A stretch of DNA of 63,174 nt, filler included, from Choristocarpus tenellus KU-1152 (Eukaryota; Protista; Phaeophyceae): the NCBI GenBank assembly GCA_964200185.2. It is 10 parts of 10 records of this genome, joined end to end, with 100 filler letters (N's around TTAATTAATTAA, not from the genome) between each part and the next. Parts side by side here need not be neighbours in the genome. Positions count along the whole stretch, not along the records: positions 49,163 to 59,600 come from CAXNAD020002931.1; positions 59,701 to 63,174 come from CAXNAD020019798.1; 8 more parts are not named here. One strand, 5' to 3'. The position numbers and the translations under genes are program-made. The notes under the pieces were generated by a model. That model had not been told where the DNA came from and searched no databases. It saw nothing but the letters and a program-made list of their open reading frames with translations. Position 1 is the first letter of the stretch; each line of letters begins with the position of its first letter. Shown in pieces: positions 52,401 through 63,174 of the stretch.

Positions 52401-53542
52401 TCAACCATAGCCACACAGATTCCTTGATATGATCTGTGTGTGTTCACAATCAGCGCTTGTAGTACACGGTATGATGGCTATTGCTCATGTAAAAGCAGTT
52501 ACCCACAGCAAGAGGTTTGCTACTCCAAAAAAATACCAACCCTTGAAGAATGTGAGGTTGTACCTCCATATTCTTCAGTAAGTGCTCCTCTTCTGTAAGC
52601 TCATAGTGATCCTCGAACAGTTCCCTCAGAAACAAGGTGACCTCCCCGAGAACTCCCTTTTCCTGTGATTGCATCAGGAGTTTTTTAGTTCATGGAAACA
52701 CTGGGGAAACCTTCTACAGAACTATCCCTGTTCAAGCCCGTTTTTTTTCAAATTTGGGTTGAAACTTGTCAAAGGCTAGGAAGTAAAGAAAAGTTGAAAG
52801 ATGGCGTTTATATATTTGTCAACCCTTCTCCGCCCATGTTGTCGTAGCACACCATTAGAGCCATGAACGATTGTACATACTACAGAGAAGATATACTACT
52901 ACGTAGAACAAGTACTACTTAAAATAAATACCACTGCAGATTGATTACCCAAGGAGAAAATATAAAACGGGAGAGATAAACCACTAATTGATACAAGGGT
53001 TGTTGTGTCAGAAGCGGGCAGAGGAACAAGCCAGCCATCATCGTTACCATTAAGAAAAGGGCACCAAGAAACACAAAAGATTGTACTGGCTTATTAGTTT
53101 TCAGTTTATCAGAACGCTACAGAACAATGATAGTACCAGCGAGCAATCAGAAAGTAATGCATCTCGTTTTATATGCTCAATTATAGCAGCACATAATATA
53201 TCGAGGGAGTGCATTGATATCAATAAATAGGTTGGGCAAGTAGAAAAGGAAACAAAGTGTATGGTTGCACAGGTGGTAACGATCAAACAGTAATTTAGAT
53301 AGCTTGCAACAAGTTGTAGGTTCTCTTGCGCACCAGGATGTGTACAAATTGCTTCCATTGCAAACCACATGCAAACTCAATATTTTCCCGATAACAGAAA
53401 CGTGTTTGGCTTCAGTAAGGGGCTTACTGATGACGGTTGCCCTGTTCTTACCTCCAAATCAATAAGAGGAGAATGATTAGCTGCATTTGACGACCAGTCC
53501 GTGATTGCTACTATAGTTCCATGTTCAACACAAATATATAGA

Positions 53543-53789
53543 GAGCCAAAGTATCTTAGAGGGTAGGGCCGCGTCCATTTGTGGGTCAAAATCCAATGTT
53601 GCGATTTTGGCTATCATGTTTGTTAGGAAGTGTCAATATCCTTGTTCCAGGCACATCTTTTCAAATCGTATATACTTTACCTACTCCGAAACATTTTGGA
53701 GTAGGAAAATGTCATAATAAATCCCATAGGAAGCCAAGCCCAAATGGACAAACAGGGCAATACTCGTACTCTCTAAGATACTTTCACTC
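53543..53789 (-). mobile_element. MITE family A, complete
   Basis: GAGCCAAAGTATCTTAGAGGGTA ... CTCTAAGATACTTTCACTC; flanks AGA / AGAG. Confidence 0.92.
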
Positions 53790-54158
53790 AGAGTAGTACA
53801 ATTGTAGTTGACACATTGTACTACTATGAGACCTCTACACCAGTCTTTAGAACACTCCGAGTGATAGTGGCAAGGATCAGCTTGGGGAGGTATCCACTAT
53901 AGAATCGATTAGTATCATATATTCAAAGCGTGCACAGTGGACCTGAAAATCAGAGGGTTTGGGTCCTACTGCTTACCACATATCTCACCATTCAAAACAA
54001 CATAGGTTTGAGCAGAATTATGACATACTTGGCCCAGGATCTTATGTGAGGGATTCATAACCGCCAAGCAATTTTCACGGCAGAGATGAGGATAAAACAA
54101 GGGCAAACAATACAGTGTGGGTGTTAGAACCCATATAAACTTTGAAATAGAATAAATA

Positions 54159-55967
54159 CTACCTCGGTACCATAAGTTTGTGCCGCGAAACATCTGGGCT
54201 CACCGAGCGAGAATGGAGTTTTGAGTTGACAATCTCAGCTTTCAGAAACGGTGGGGGTCGAGGATCATCAGGTGCAAACTCGAGGTGCTTCAAGCCATCA
54301 AAGTAGGGGTGTTTTGGGGCGATTTTGAGGCCAGAACTGAGCACTTCAAGGGTCAGAACATCGGCATGGTAACCCCCCTGCCGACCCCCCCATGCAGGAA
54401 GGGTGCTCAAGTGTCCCTGAATACCAGGATTGCGCTTGTAGTGCGGCACGCTCTTGCGATGGTCCCTGGTGAGCATATACTGCCACGGCACATTGCGCCG
54501 GCCCTTGCAGCGGAGTTTGGAGTATCTGAGCGTTACATGCGACGGCTCTAGGAGGACGTCGCTGATCAACTCGCCCGTGGCCACACGCTTGACCTAGGGG
54601 TGGCGGCACGTAGTGGGCGACCTTCGGAGCTCACACCGACCAAGATGGCTGCAATACATAGTATCAACTCCGATAATCGGCCATCCACATTGCGCCAGGT
54701 GACAATGAAGATGGCCACCAAGGGGCTGAATTATAGCACAAGCACCATAAACAGGTGGTTGAATGATATGGGGACCATGCCGAATCACCGCTGCATCAAA
54801 CCCAAGTTTAAATCGTGGTAAAAGGTATGGAGAATGGAGTTTGTTTGTGATTAAGTGGACCGGAAACATGGTATGTACGCCTCCATGGCAAGCATGATCC
54901 ATGTGACTGAACCTGGTTTTACGTGATGGCTGATGGGGAGAGAGTTAGGGCATTTCCGCATGAGGATAATAGCGACCTTCCAGGGTTCCCTACTTTGCAG
55001 CACAAGAGTGATATCTGTTCGATTAGGCTCTTCCAACTCTATCGGACAGTTACAATAAATATGTATAGAGTAATGGAACAATCAATTNNNNNNNNNNACA
55101 GACACCAAGCAATCTCGTCGGGTTTATCACCTTTATCCTCTTTGATGATTTTGGGGATACTTTAACAATATCCCCAAAACATGATCATTTGCAGCGAACG
55201 CCCGCCCAGATTCGACTCGCAACTGTGTTTGAAGGCTTGGTGTTTGACGTGTGTGTGCGTCAAAAATGGCAAACAGGACAAGCAAGAACTATAAATAGGG
55301 AGATGTGCATGAGCAGGACTGTATTTTATATCATTTGTGGTACAGGAAGTGGTGCACGGAGGAGTTACTGCCTGCAATCAAGACCAAGATGCCTTGGTTG
55401 CAGCAAGACGGTGCCAACCCCCACACGGGCAAGGGCAACTCAGAAATCTTGTTAGGGGCAGGGAAGACTGACGGGTGGTCGATTAGGCTTGTGACACTGC
55501 CATCTAACTCCTCCGGCCTCAATATTATGGACCTGTGCTTCTTCGGGTCTTTGAAATGTTGGCGATAGGGGAGCAGTTTGGGTCCGTTGAGGAGATTGGT
55601 CAAGGTCATTATGAAACAGTATGAGGAGTATGATGAAACCACGCTTGAGAGGGCTTGGCAGCTCCTTTTTGTGGTGTAGAATCAAGTACTTAGATACAAA
55701 GGGGGGAATGACTTCAGTGTGGAGCACACAGGGGTAAGGAAGAGGCAGTTATCTGGTGAGCTTGAAAACACGCTGAAGGTAGACATGGAGACTTTTTCCG
55801 TGGCTGATAAAATTGTGATATGGATGGGGAGAAAAAATTATATCAAGATCTGACCCAAACCAGAAATTCGTCAAGGATTTCAAAATCTTCTTTCAGAAAT
55901 GAATTTCATCAACATCTTCAAAAGTTATGGACAACGCGGAACAGAATTAATTCTGGCACTGGGGCAG
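54159..55967 (+). mobile_element. Near full-length plant-type mariner element; transposase is a pseudogene
   Basis: TA on both sides. Degenerate TIRs CTACCTCGGTACCATAA..TGTGCCGCG versus CTGCCCCAGTGCCAGAA..TGTTCCGCG. Motifs RSGRP, STLRQ, IKP, LLPAIKTKMP, QQDGANPH, LNIMDLCFF (40 aa between the last two Asp). Contains stops. Confidence 0.9.
55016..55167 (+). mobile_element. Copia-family LTR (solo or collapsed element) nested in the mariner
   Basis: TGTT...AACA termini, 5-bp TSD ATATC, internal 10-N gap at 55088-55097. Confidence 0.88.
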
Positions 55968-56099
55968 TATAATATTGTAATACTATGTTATGGAAGATTT
56001 CACTGTTTCCTCTGTGGCGTCACAGAGCTCTGGTCTGTCAAAGCTCGTTTGTTTGTTTTTTATCCCGGCATTTGGGATTGCTTTTGCTTCAGTGTCCCC

Positions 56100-57350
56100 T
56101 GCACTCCCCAAGCCTTACCCTATCTTTAATACGTGGGCTTGGTGTGCTCGACTTAACCACCTCGGAGTTGTTGGAGCACAAAATCTCTTTCTTCCTCTTG
56201 ACCGTTAAGGTACATGATACACGTTTTGGACACATATATTTTAAACCTGTGAGCTTATGTAGGGCTCTTCTTTGTTTAATTCGCCCTCGTTTCCCAATAA
56301 GTCCCCGTACCACCATGAATTGTGAACACTCTTTTGTCTCCCAGGCACCAGGGCTGTGTGGTCGCTAACAAGCTCAATGACAATTGAAGTATCTGGTCGA
56401 GTGATTGCACACGCAAGCCTACAACTCAAGAAGTTAATCAATTCAATGCGCAAAGGCAGAGCTATGTTCTCTTTGAAAACCAATTAAGGCAATCACCTCA
56501 TTTCTTATTTTAGGGCTTTTCGATAACTTGACAGCAGAACTCACACACCATGTGCAGTAAGAAACACACGTTTTCATCATCGTAGATATATAGGTATCAC
56601 CTTCAAGGCCTCTTCTCCAGGAGCTCCAGGACATTCCTCAGCGATACATGGTGGGTCAACCATCGCGTTCCATGACTCCCATGGCATTAGTTGTGTGACA
56701 CCCTCGCACACTCTAGTCTCCGTTGCGGGGCCGCACGCAATCTGTATCATGCGCGTCCTGACCCTACCGAACGCTTGACCAACACTTTCGGCCTACGATG
56801 AGGGGGCGAAATATAGATCGAACGACCAGCCAAGTACCACGATTAGCTTGAAGTACTAGGACTTCGCTGATCTCATATCATTCATGCGAGAACAAGAACA
56901 GCCTCGGAATCTCTGAAGCTGCCTTCAGTGACGAAAGGTAAATTTGGTAGGTATCCGCCAATATCGCCGAAACAGAAAGAATTTAGTTATACTTGTCACA
57001 AATGCTTGAAATCGTGCATCCACAAATTGATGAACGCTTCTGAATCACAGCAGACGCATAGGTTTGGCTATCTCGTTAGTGATTTTTCAGGTAATGGAAG
57101 CTAGCGGCACCCCAACCATTACACAACCGACCAAGAACAAAGGGGACTGAAGAAAGGCTTGACTTGCCTTCAAGGCGTTGATAACCCCCCTTTTCCCAAT
57201 GACCACACACAAGCAAAACACTTTCGGGATCGAAAATGGGGAGGCTGTATTGCGCTTTCGACCTGGGAGTGCCACATTCATCCTTCTATCCGAATGATTC
57301 GAGGGGGGCTGTATGATGCACAACACGAGACACTGTGGATACTATAAAGT
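56100..57350 (-). mobile_element. Probable decayed hAT transposase
   Basis: Fragments in hAT order: LVGCVMVG..ASIT (cf. LVG..TDGASVM), FINLWMH..HL (cf. C.AH.L), GTRWLTH, FQRE. Heavily disrupted. Confidence 0.5.
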
Positions 57351-59368
57351 GAGGAGATTTGTTACTGGTGATTTCAGATTTCGACGCGAAAAACATATTG
57401 TGCGCAGCGCGCATTTTCGCACGATCACGCCGTTTTTGGACTGAATGAATCTGAAAACAACAGGTGGAATTGCGAAATTTTGGAGGTTTAGCCCCCTCTA
57501 CTCTGCTGTAACCACAAAAAAAAAGTGGCGCGGGAAATCAACGAGGTGGCAAGACCCGATGTGGAGCGACTTTAGGCAGGTCCAGCACAAGTATTGAGAG
57601 AGGAGGCGGAAAAACAACTGGTGAGATAGAAGAGCCCAAATGCCCGAGAAGCAAGGCATGAGCAGAAAGGCAGTGCAAGGAGTCCTAGTGCAGCAGGTAG
57701 ATAAAGGGTCGTCCATAGCGATGAGAAAAAATGCATTGCATAATGCCCCGGAAAACAGATCAGCTTCGTCCCTTTGAGGCATAGGATGCTTTCATTTAAA
57801 GTAAGAGGATTGACCAGGATTGAAGCCAGGAGGAGGAAGGAGATGGGAATTTCACACGGCCTACATTCACTAGAGAGCGTAAAAGTCTCATGATGGTGGA
57901 ACAGAAGAAGAAAGAGTGACCTCACAAGGTGTACTCTTTCCATCGGTGTGTCGTTTTGTTATATTCAATCTACCAACGATGGCTCCATCAACACCATCAC
58001 ATAAAATATATAGAGAACAACATAACCGCGTATATGTATGACCACATGTCTGCTAACTTGTCAGTATATTGGTCGTACAGGAAACGTAGCACATCAAAAA
58101 CATGAACATATTGCAGGATGTCATGAAGGAGATCAAGGTCTCAAGTTCGAAGGTTCAGGATCCAAAATCCACTATCAGGCGTCGTGCATATAAAAAATAA
58201 AACAAAACAAAATATCACTCAACATATTATATATGCCATTAAATTATTGTATGTTACTCTATCTTCATGTAATCCGTAAATTTTCTTTCAATTTGTAGGC
58301 CTTTATGTTGTTCTATTTATGCGTTTGATTGATTAGAAATCTCGTAGAGTTTATAGACCCACTGCTATCAGATCTCTCTAGAGAAGGACGAGGCCCTATC
58401 CAGCAGGTGCCTGGTAGCCGAGTGCAAGGAGTCACGATGTCGACACCCAACATGCTCGCACCTATCCTAGGGCAGGAGGACAGGTGCTCCAGGGCATGGT
58501 AATGGTTAAGTGTCTAGGCTAACTCTGCAAGGGAATGTGGGAATCCCTTGCACCATGGAGGATGGTAGTCCATTCACAGTGGACTTAAAACTTCTATCTG
58601 AATGATGCGGTCTTCCATGCTGGACCACTTGCGGATGCTGGTTCGGCTCACTGTTAGGACAAAGACATCTTCTGGATGTTGCGTTTTGCTGAAATGCAAG
58701 CAGCCTCCCGTCTAACCCACTCGTCCACAACAATGGTGTAGGTGCTGCTGCAGCCAAGCCGCGAAAGCTCTCTCACTAGGAGGAGTTTTTTTACTTGCCC
58801 TCCTCGTAGTATTAATTTCACACCTTCGCGGTGGACATTTTTGTAACCGTTGAGTAAGCAAGCAGAAAGTATTTTAGCTGAGTTGTCTAACAAATGCAGT
58901 AGGATGGAGAGGGGTAGGAGCTTATAGCTGTAAAGGAGCTGTCAGGTCCCGTTTACGACAGATAGTGTCCGTCACTAAATGAGGGACTCTCTCAAGATAT
59001 GCTATGTGTTTGTCGAATAACTTAGTGTTATCCTTACGTTGTATGTGCTGACACAAGTATATAAAACATAGTTTCGTGTACGATTATCTTTAGTTTGGTA
59101 CAACACAAAATAGTAACGTTCACATAGCGGTATGATGGGTCAGTCGTTGGTCATACGTCAGAGATAACTGATGGCTAAGACAAAGGCTCAGTGGATGATT
59201 AATATTCGGTGTAAGTTTTACCATGTAAACTCAACCAGCAACTTTGGGTGACAAGCCTTACATGCGCTAAGCTTTCCAACACGCTTATAAGTGCCTAATA
59301 TCAACAAACACTAGCTAGGGGAGGCGCAGCCGAACTGGATTGGTTTGAGTTGGGCTAACATCACTCAT

Positions 59369-59470
59369 ATGCCTTCAGATGGGTTTCATACCAAACTCCT
59401 CCAACTAACGGATGACAACTATGCTGATTGGTTAGTTACAACCCGCGCATTTTTGGTGCAAAGGGCGATA
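59369..59470 (+). mobile_element. Copia gag N-terminus interrupted by a MITE
   Basis: MPSDGFHTKLLQLTDDNYADWLVTTRAFLVQR resembles the Copia gag L...NY..W...M.A.L motif. Confidence 0.6.
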
Positions 59471-59600
59471 GGCTCAAAGTATATCTGAGAGGGGGTGGCG
59501 GCTGTCCATTTGGGGTGAATTTTTTTCACATCGCGATTTTCGGGTGATTTGGTTGCATACGTCGGATGGATAATGTAAATGCACTTTTCTCGATTTTGCC
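59471..59600 (-). mobile_element. MITE family B, truncated by contig end
   Basis: GGCTCAAAGTAT..GGCGGCTGTCCATTTGG..TCGCGATTTT..GTCGGATGGATAATG is the reverse complement of the 32146 copy. Confidence 0.88.
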
Positions 59601-59700
59601 NNNNNNNNNNNNNNNNNNNNNNNNNNNNNNNNNNNNNNNNNNNNTTAATTAATTAANNNNNNNNNNNNNNNNNNNNNNNNNNNNNNNNNNNNNNNNNNNN
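59601..59700. other. Artificial contig linker
   Basis: N44-TTAATTAATTAA-N44. Confidence 0.98.
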
Positions 59701-60745
59701 CCTCCCCCCCCCTCTTTCTCTCTCATTTGCATGCTCTCACATGCAGACCACTCATTTGCTTGGTTTGAATCCCTTTGAGCTGGTTTTCCTATGCATACAA
59801 ATTTTTATTTATTTTTGTATCTTTGGATTCTTGCAGGCGTTCCATTGAAGAAGCTTCCTCGGCGGTGTCATACTGAATTATTTTTGAATTATTTTTTTCA
59901 TTTTTGTGTGGGTTCCATTGAATTGAACTGAACCTAAGGTCGTACCGGAATGTGTGATATAGGTGTGACAACATGTTTTACTTTTTTTTGTGTGAGTTCA
60001 TGTTGCGCATTACATGTATGATATATATACACACATTAATATGTACAATTATGTAATTTTCCATTTTTTTCAGTTTTTTTTTCAGTTTTTTGGAAATTAT
60101 TTGAAACCATCTCGTAGATTTAATATTTTTTTATTGTTAAAGTGGTGACATTTCTTTGTGCATTTGTATTTTTTTAAAAGAAATACTTGTCCATGTTGCT
60201 TAGAGAAAAAAAAAAAAGCCATTTTGTTTTCTTGAAAATTTTCTTTTATATAATGGTGACGACTTTTATATAACTTTCCTCAAAATATTAGGTGAAGGGC
60301 TTATCTATTCCTTTGCATGTGGATAATATATGTTTTTTTTAATTTGCAGTAGATACAATGTTTTTTTAATTTGCAGTACATACAATATGTATTATACAGT
60401 GTTACCGTTATTTTTTGTGTAGTATTAAAGAGGCGGTCTAGACTGTGGTATTCAGATGGTAGGTGAAAGGCTTAAAGGGGAGTTCTATACAATGTTTAGG
60501 AGGCGTTCCTGTTTGTTCTGAGGACTGACACCCTCTCCATAGGCAATAGCATCGTGCCTTTCACTCCCATCCCCTCTTCCATTCTATCTGCTGTCATGTC
60601 ATACCATACCATACCATACCATACCTCTCTGTGATGATGGCATACTCATATGACCTAATTTGGATGAATTAATTGCCCTTTTATGGGTTTGGTTCATGTC
60701 CCCCCCCCCAATCTCCTTTTGTGCGTGTCTGTGTTTTTTTTTTAG

Positions 60746-62501
60746 GTGGTGAATTGTGTCTTACGTCACCTTAAGAACTTGGCGGATGATTCGATGACCT
60801 TGAAGCTGTTGGAGCTGTGGCATCTCCAGGTATTAATTTGATAATCTTTTTTTATTTTTGTTACTGTTGTATATATATATATATATTTTTTAGATGAAGT
60901 GTAAATAAAGTGGGGTGTTGAGAAGTGTGTGGCGTTTGAATAAACAATTCATTGTTTTTTTAATCAATGGCGACTCTTCTACTTCATTTTTTGTTATTTT
61001 TATTATTGTGTAACTGCTTCCCTGTGTCATGTAGGGTGGCCCATTGTGTGGGGCTGGTTGTGTTGTGAGAGAGGTGGAGGGTAGATGTACTGGTGGTTGC
61101 ATTTTGTTTGTATTAGATACGAACTATTTATGAACTATTTGTGAATTATTTATGAACTATTTATGTACTATGTTTATGATAACTATTTATGATAACTATT
61201 TATGATAACTAGAGAGATGGTGGGAAGGATATTATCAGTGACTCAAGAGTAAGCACAGTGGTGAAGCGACTTGAGTGTGTTGATGGAGTACACTCAGGGG
61301 AGGGAGTTGTGTTAGTCCTTAGTCCCTTCTCAAATGTTTTTTTGCTCTGCTTTGTCTCTCTGTAATTGGTTGTTCTTGACATGTGATGCCTCCTTGCTTG
61401 CTTGTTTGTTGTTTATTGTTATTCTCTTTTCTTGTTACATCTTTGCAGGATGTGAATGGACCACTCACTTTGGAGAAGTACACAAAGATGGCCAAGAGGG
61501 TCCTCAGTGACCGTGTTGATAACATCTACAGGTTGGAGTTATTACTACAATACAATAATAATAGTTATTATTGTTATTGTTATTGTTATATATTATCATT
61601 ATTGATTTTGTTATTACACTATCATTGTATTGTTATTGTTATTATATGAATAAAACAGTGAAACTTCTTAGGTTAACTTAATTTGATAAAGGGTGTTGGG
61701 GTATTAATGGTTCTGAGGTTGAAAGCTTAAAAGAAGTGAAAATTGTTGTTGTCCTTCTGGTGCTTTAAAATAAATATATATATATGTATGTATCTTTTTT
61801 TGTTTTTCTGTATAAATATTTTGAATTTTGAAGTTTTACTGGAATTTTCTATTTTTATGAATGAATGAATGAATGTGTGTGTGCACTTGCACTGCCTTCT
61901 TAGTTTATTCAAAGTGTTTTTTGCTAGTTGCTACTTTTTTCTCAATTATTTTCTTTTTTTATAACTTTTGAATTACCCTATGTATGGTCTTACTCTCTCT
62001 CCCTAAGGTTTTCCCTTCAGTTCCATCTTTTTTTCTTTACTTTTTTTAAGAATTGAAATCTCAGTGTTGTCAGTGATGAATCAAGCACCCATGACGCACT
62101 GTACCTACCTAACTTCCTATTATTTTTGAATTATTATTTTCATTTTTTTTGGTAATAGGTATATTATTATTTGTTCTGTTATTATCATCTTTATTGTTAT
62201 TACCATTAGTTCATTATCATTACAATTTTTTTTTGCTACATTATTATTACCAGTACTTAATTTTTTGTAATAATGTTATTATTCTTATTCTTATTCTTAT
62301 TACTATTGTTATTATTACTATTGTCATTGTTACTGTTATTGTTATTGTTATTATTATTGTTATTGTTATTTTTATTATTATTTTTTATGTGGCAGGTTGC
62401 AGTGGTCATCCAGCGATTGTCCTGATGAACCTAAACTTCTTATAGAGCTATTGGGGCCGATGGACCCGGATGAGACCGTCACAAGGTCAACTGTTTCCAA
62501 G
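60746..62501 (+). CDS. SIN3: Three internal exons of a probable SIN3-like corepressor (C-terminal domain)
   Basis: Exons 60746-60829, 61449-61531 and 62396-62501 splice in frame: VVNCVLRHLKNLADDSMTLKLLELWHLQDVNGPLTLEKYTKMAKRVLSDRVDNIYRLQWSSSDCPDEPKLLIELL. Resembles Sin3 C-terminal L..L..D....KLL.L..Y...A...L....NIYR. Confidence 0.65.
62150..62388 (+). repeat. Degenerate (ATT/GTT)n low-complexity intronic tract
   Basis: Visible trinucleotide periodicity; a similar tract lies at 61540-61645. Confidence 0.85.
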
Positions 62502-63129
62502 GTATGGTGATGGTGACAAAAAAAATTATAAAATTTATATCGAAATGCACTGCCATCGTCTCTTGAAGGTCAAAGGTCATGATGAAGAGGAACGTCATTT
62601 GAACCAATTCCGAACAAAAGAGGTTTATGATTGTGGATTAGAGGGGGAGGAAATGGGAGCAGAGATGTTGACACATTTATTTTTTACTTATATATAAATA
62701 CACATATAAATATATATGTATATATATATATTTTTTTAGGCATCTTTGCTACCACTGTGTATATTTTTTTTTTGTCTTTTGTCTTTTGGAGTGCCTGCCT
62801 CTTGATGGTTTGACAGAATAGTTTTTTTCGTTTCAGGTTGTCGTGTGTGTGTGTGTGTTTTGTTTTTGTTTGTAATGAAATGGATAAGAACATTTTTTTG
62901 AATTGTATTCTTTGCTGTCGTCTTGTACTCTAACCACAGCAGAGGTTGTCTCTTGCAGTGGGTGATTTATTTCATTTTACATGGTGATTATTTCATTATA
63001 CATGGTGCACAGGATGTGGTGACTCAATTTTTGTTTGTTAGGCCATTAGTGATAATGTAAAATGTTTTGATGTGAACAGGATTTGATTGTTGTCGGCTAG
63101 TGGAAACTGTTCTTGCCCTATCTTATCGT

Positions 63130-63161
<32 letters not shown>

Positions 63162-63174
63162 CCCCCCCCCCCCC

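Noticed and set aside
50590-52740. Exon-like fragments of a decayed gene or transposase
   Set aside because: Stops in all frames examined and no diagnostic motif.
58940-59253. Solo LTR (TGTCA..TGACA)
   Set aside because: Only 5-bp termini and no clean TSD (GAGC/AGCC).
10984-59700. Recurrent TTAATTAATTAA motif flanked by Ns, and ORFs ending in XXX/LIN
   Set aside because: Identical 100-bp artificial spacers. ORFs and gene neighbourhoods crossing them are artefacts.
62149-62445. Hydrophobic membrane-protein ORF
   Set aside because: An (ATT/GTT)n intronic repeat read through into the SIN3-like exon in the wrong frame.

Overview
Eukaryotic nuclear DNA. It is not one locus: ten contigs are joined by nine artificial 100-bp linkers (N44-TTAATTAATTAA-N44), so adjacency across a linker has no biological meaning. 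The intron-rich genes and repeat types look like a stramenopile such as a brown alga, but that is inference and no diagnostic marker is present. Host genes: a complete 5-exon RFT1, a partial RMND5/GID2, a partial Cas1p/CASD1-family O-acetyltransferase with apparently reversed domain order, three exons of a SIN3-like gene, and an atypical tRNA-Ile(GAT). Most of the remainder is decayed transposon DNA: Ty1/Copia remnants, solo LTRs, two plant-type mariner pseudogenes, a hAT remnant, and two abundant Sola-like MITE families that share a terminal motif. The most striking item is an ~800-bp AT-rich mosaic of decayed alphaproteobacterial genes (mnmG, lipA-ratA) inserted between units of a host tandem repeat. 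This fits an old endosymbiont-to-nucleus transfer. I found no convincing multi-gene novel system. All homology calls come from motifs recognised by eye, not from database searches.
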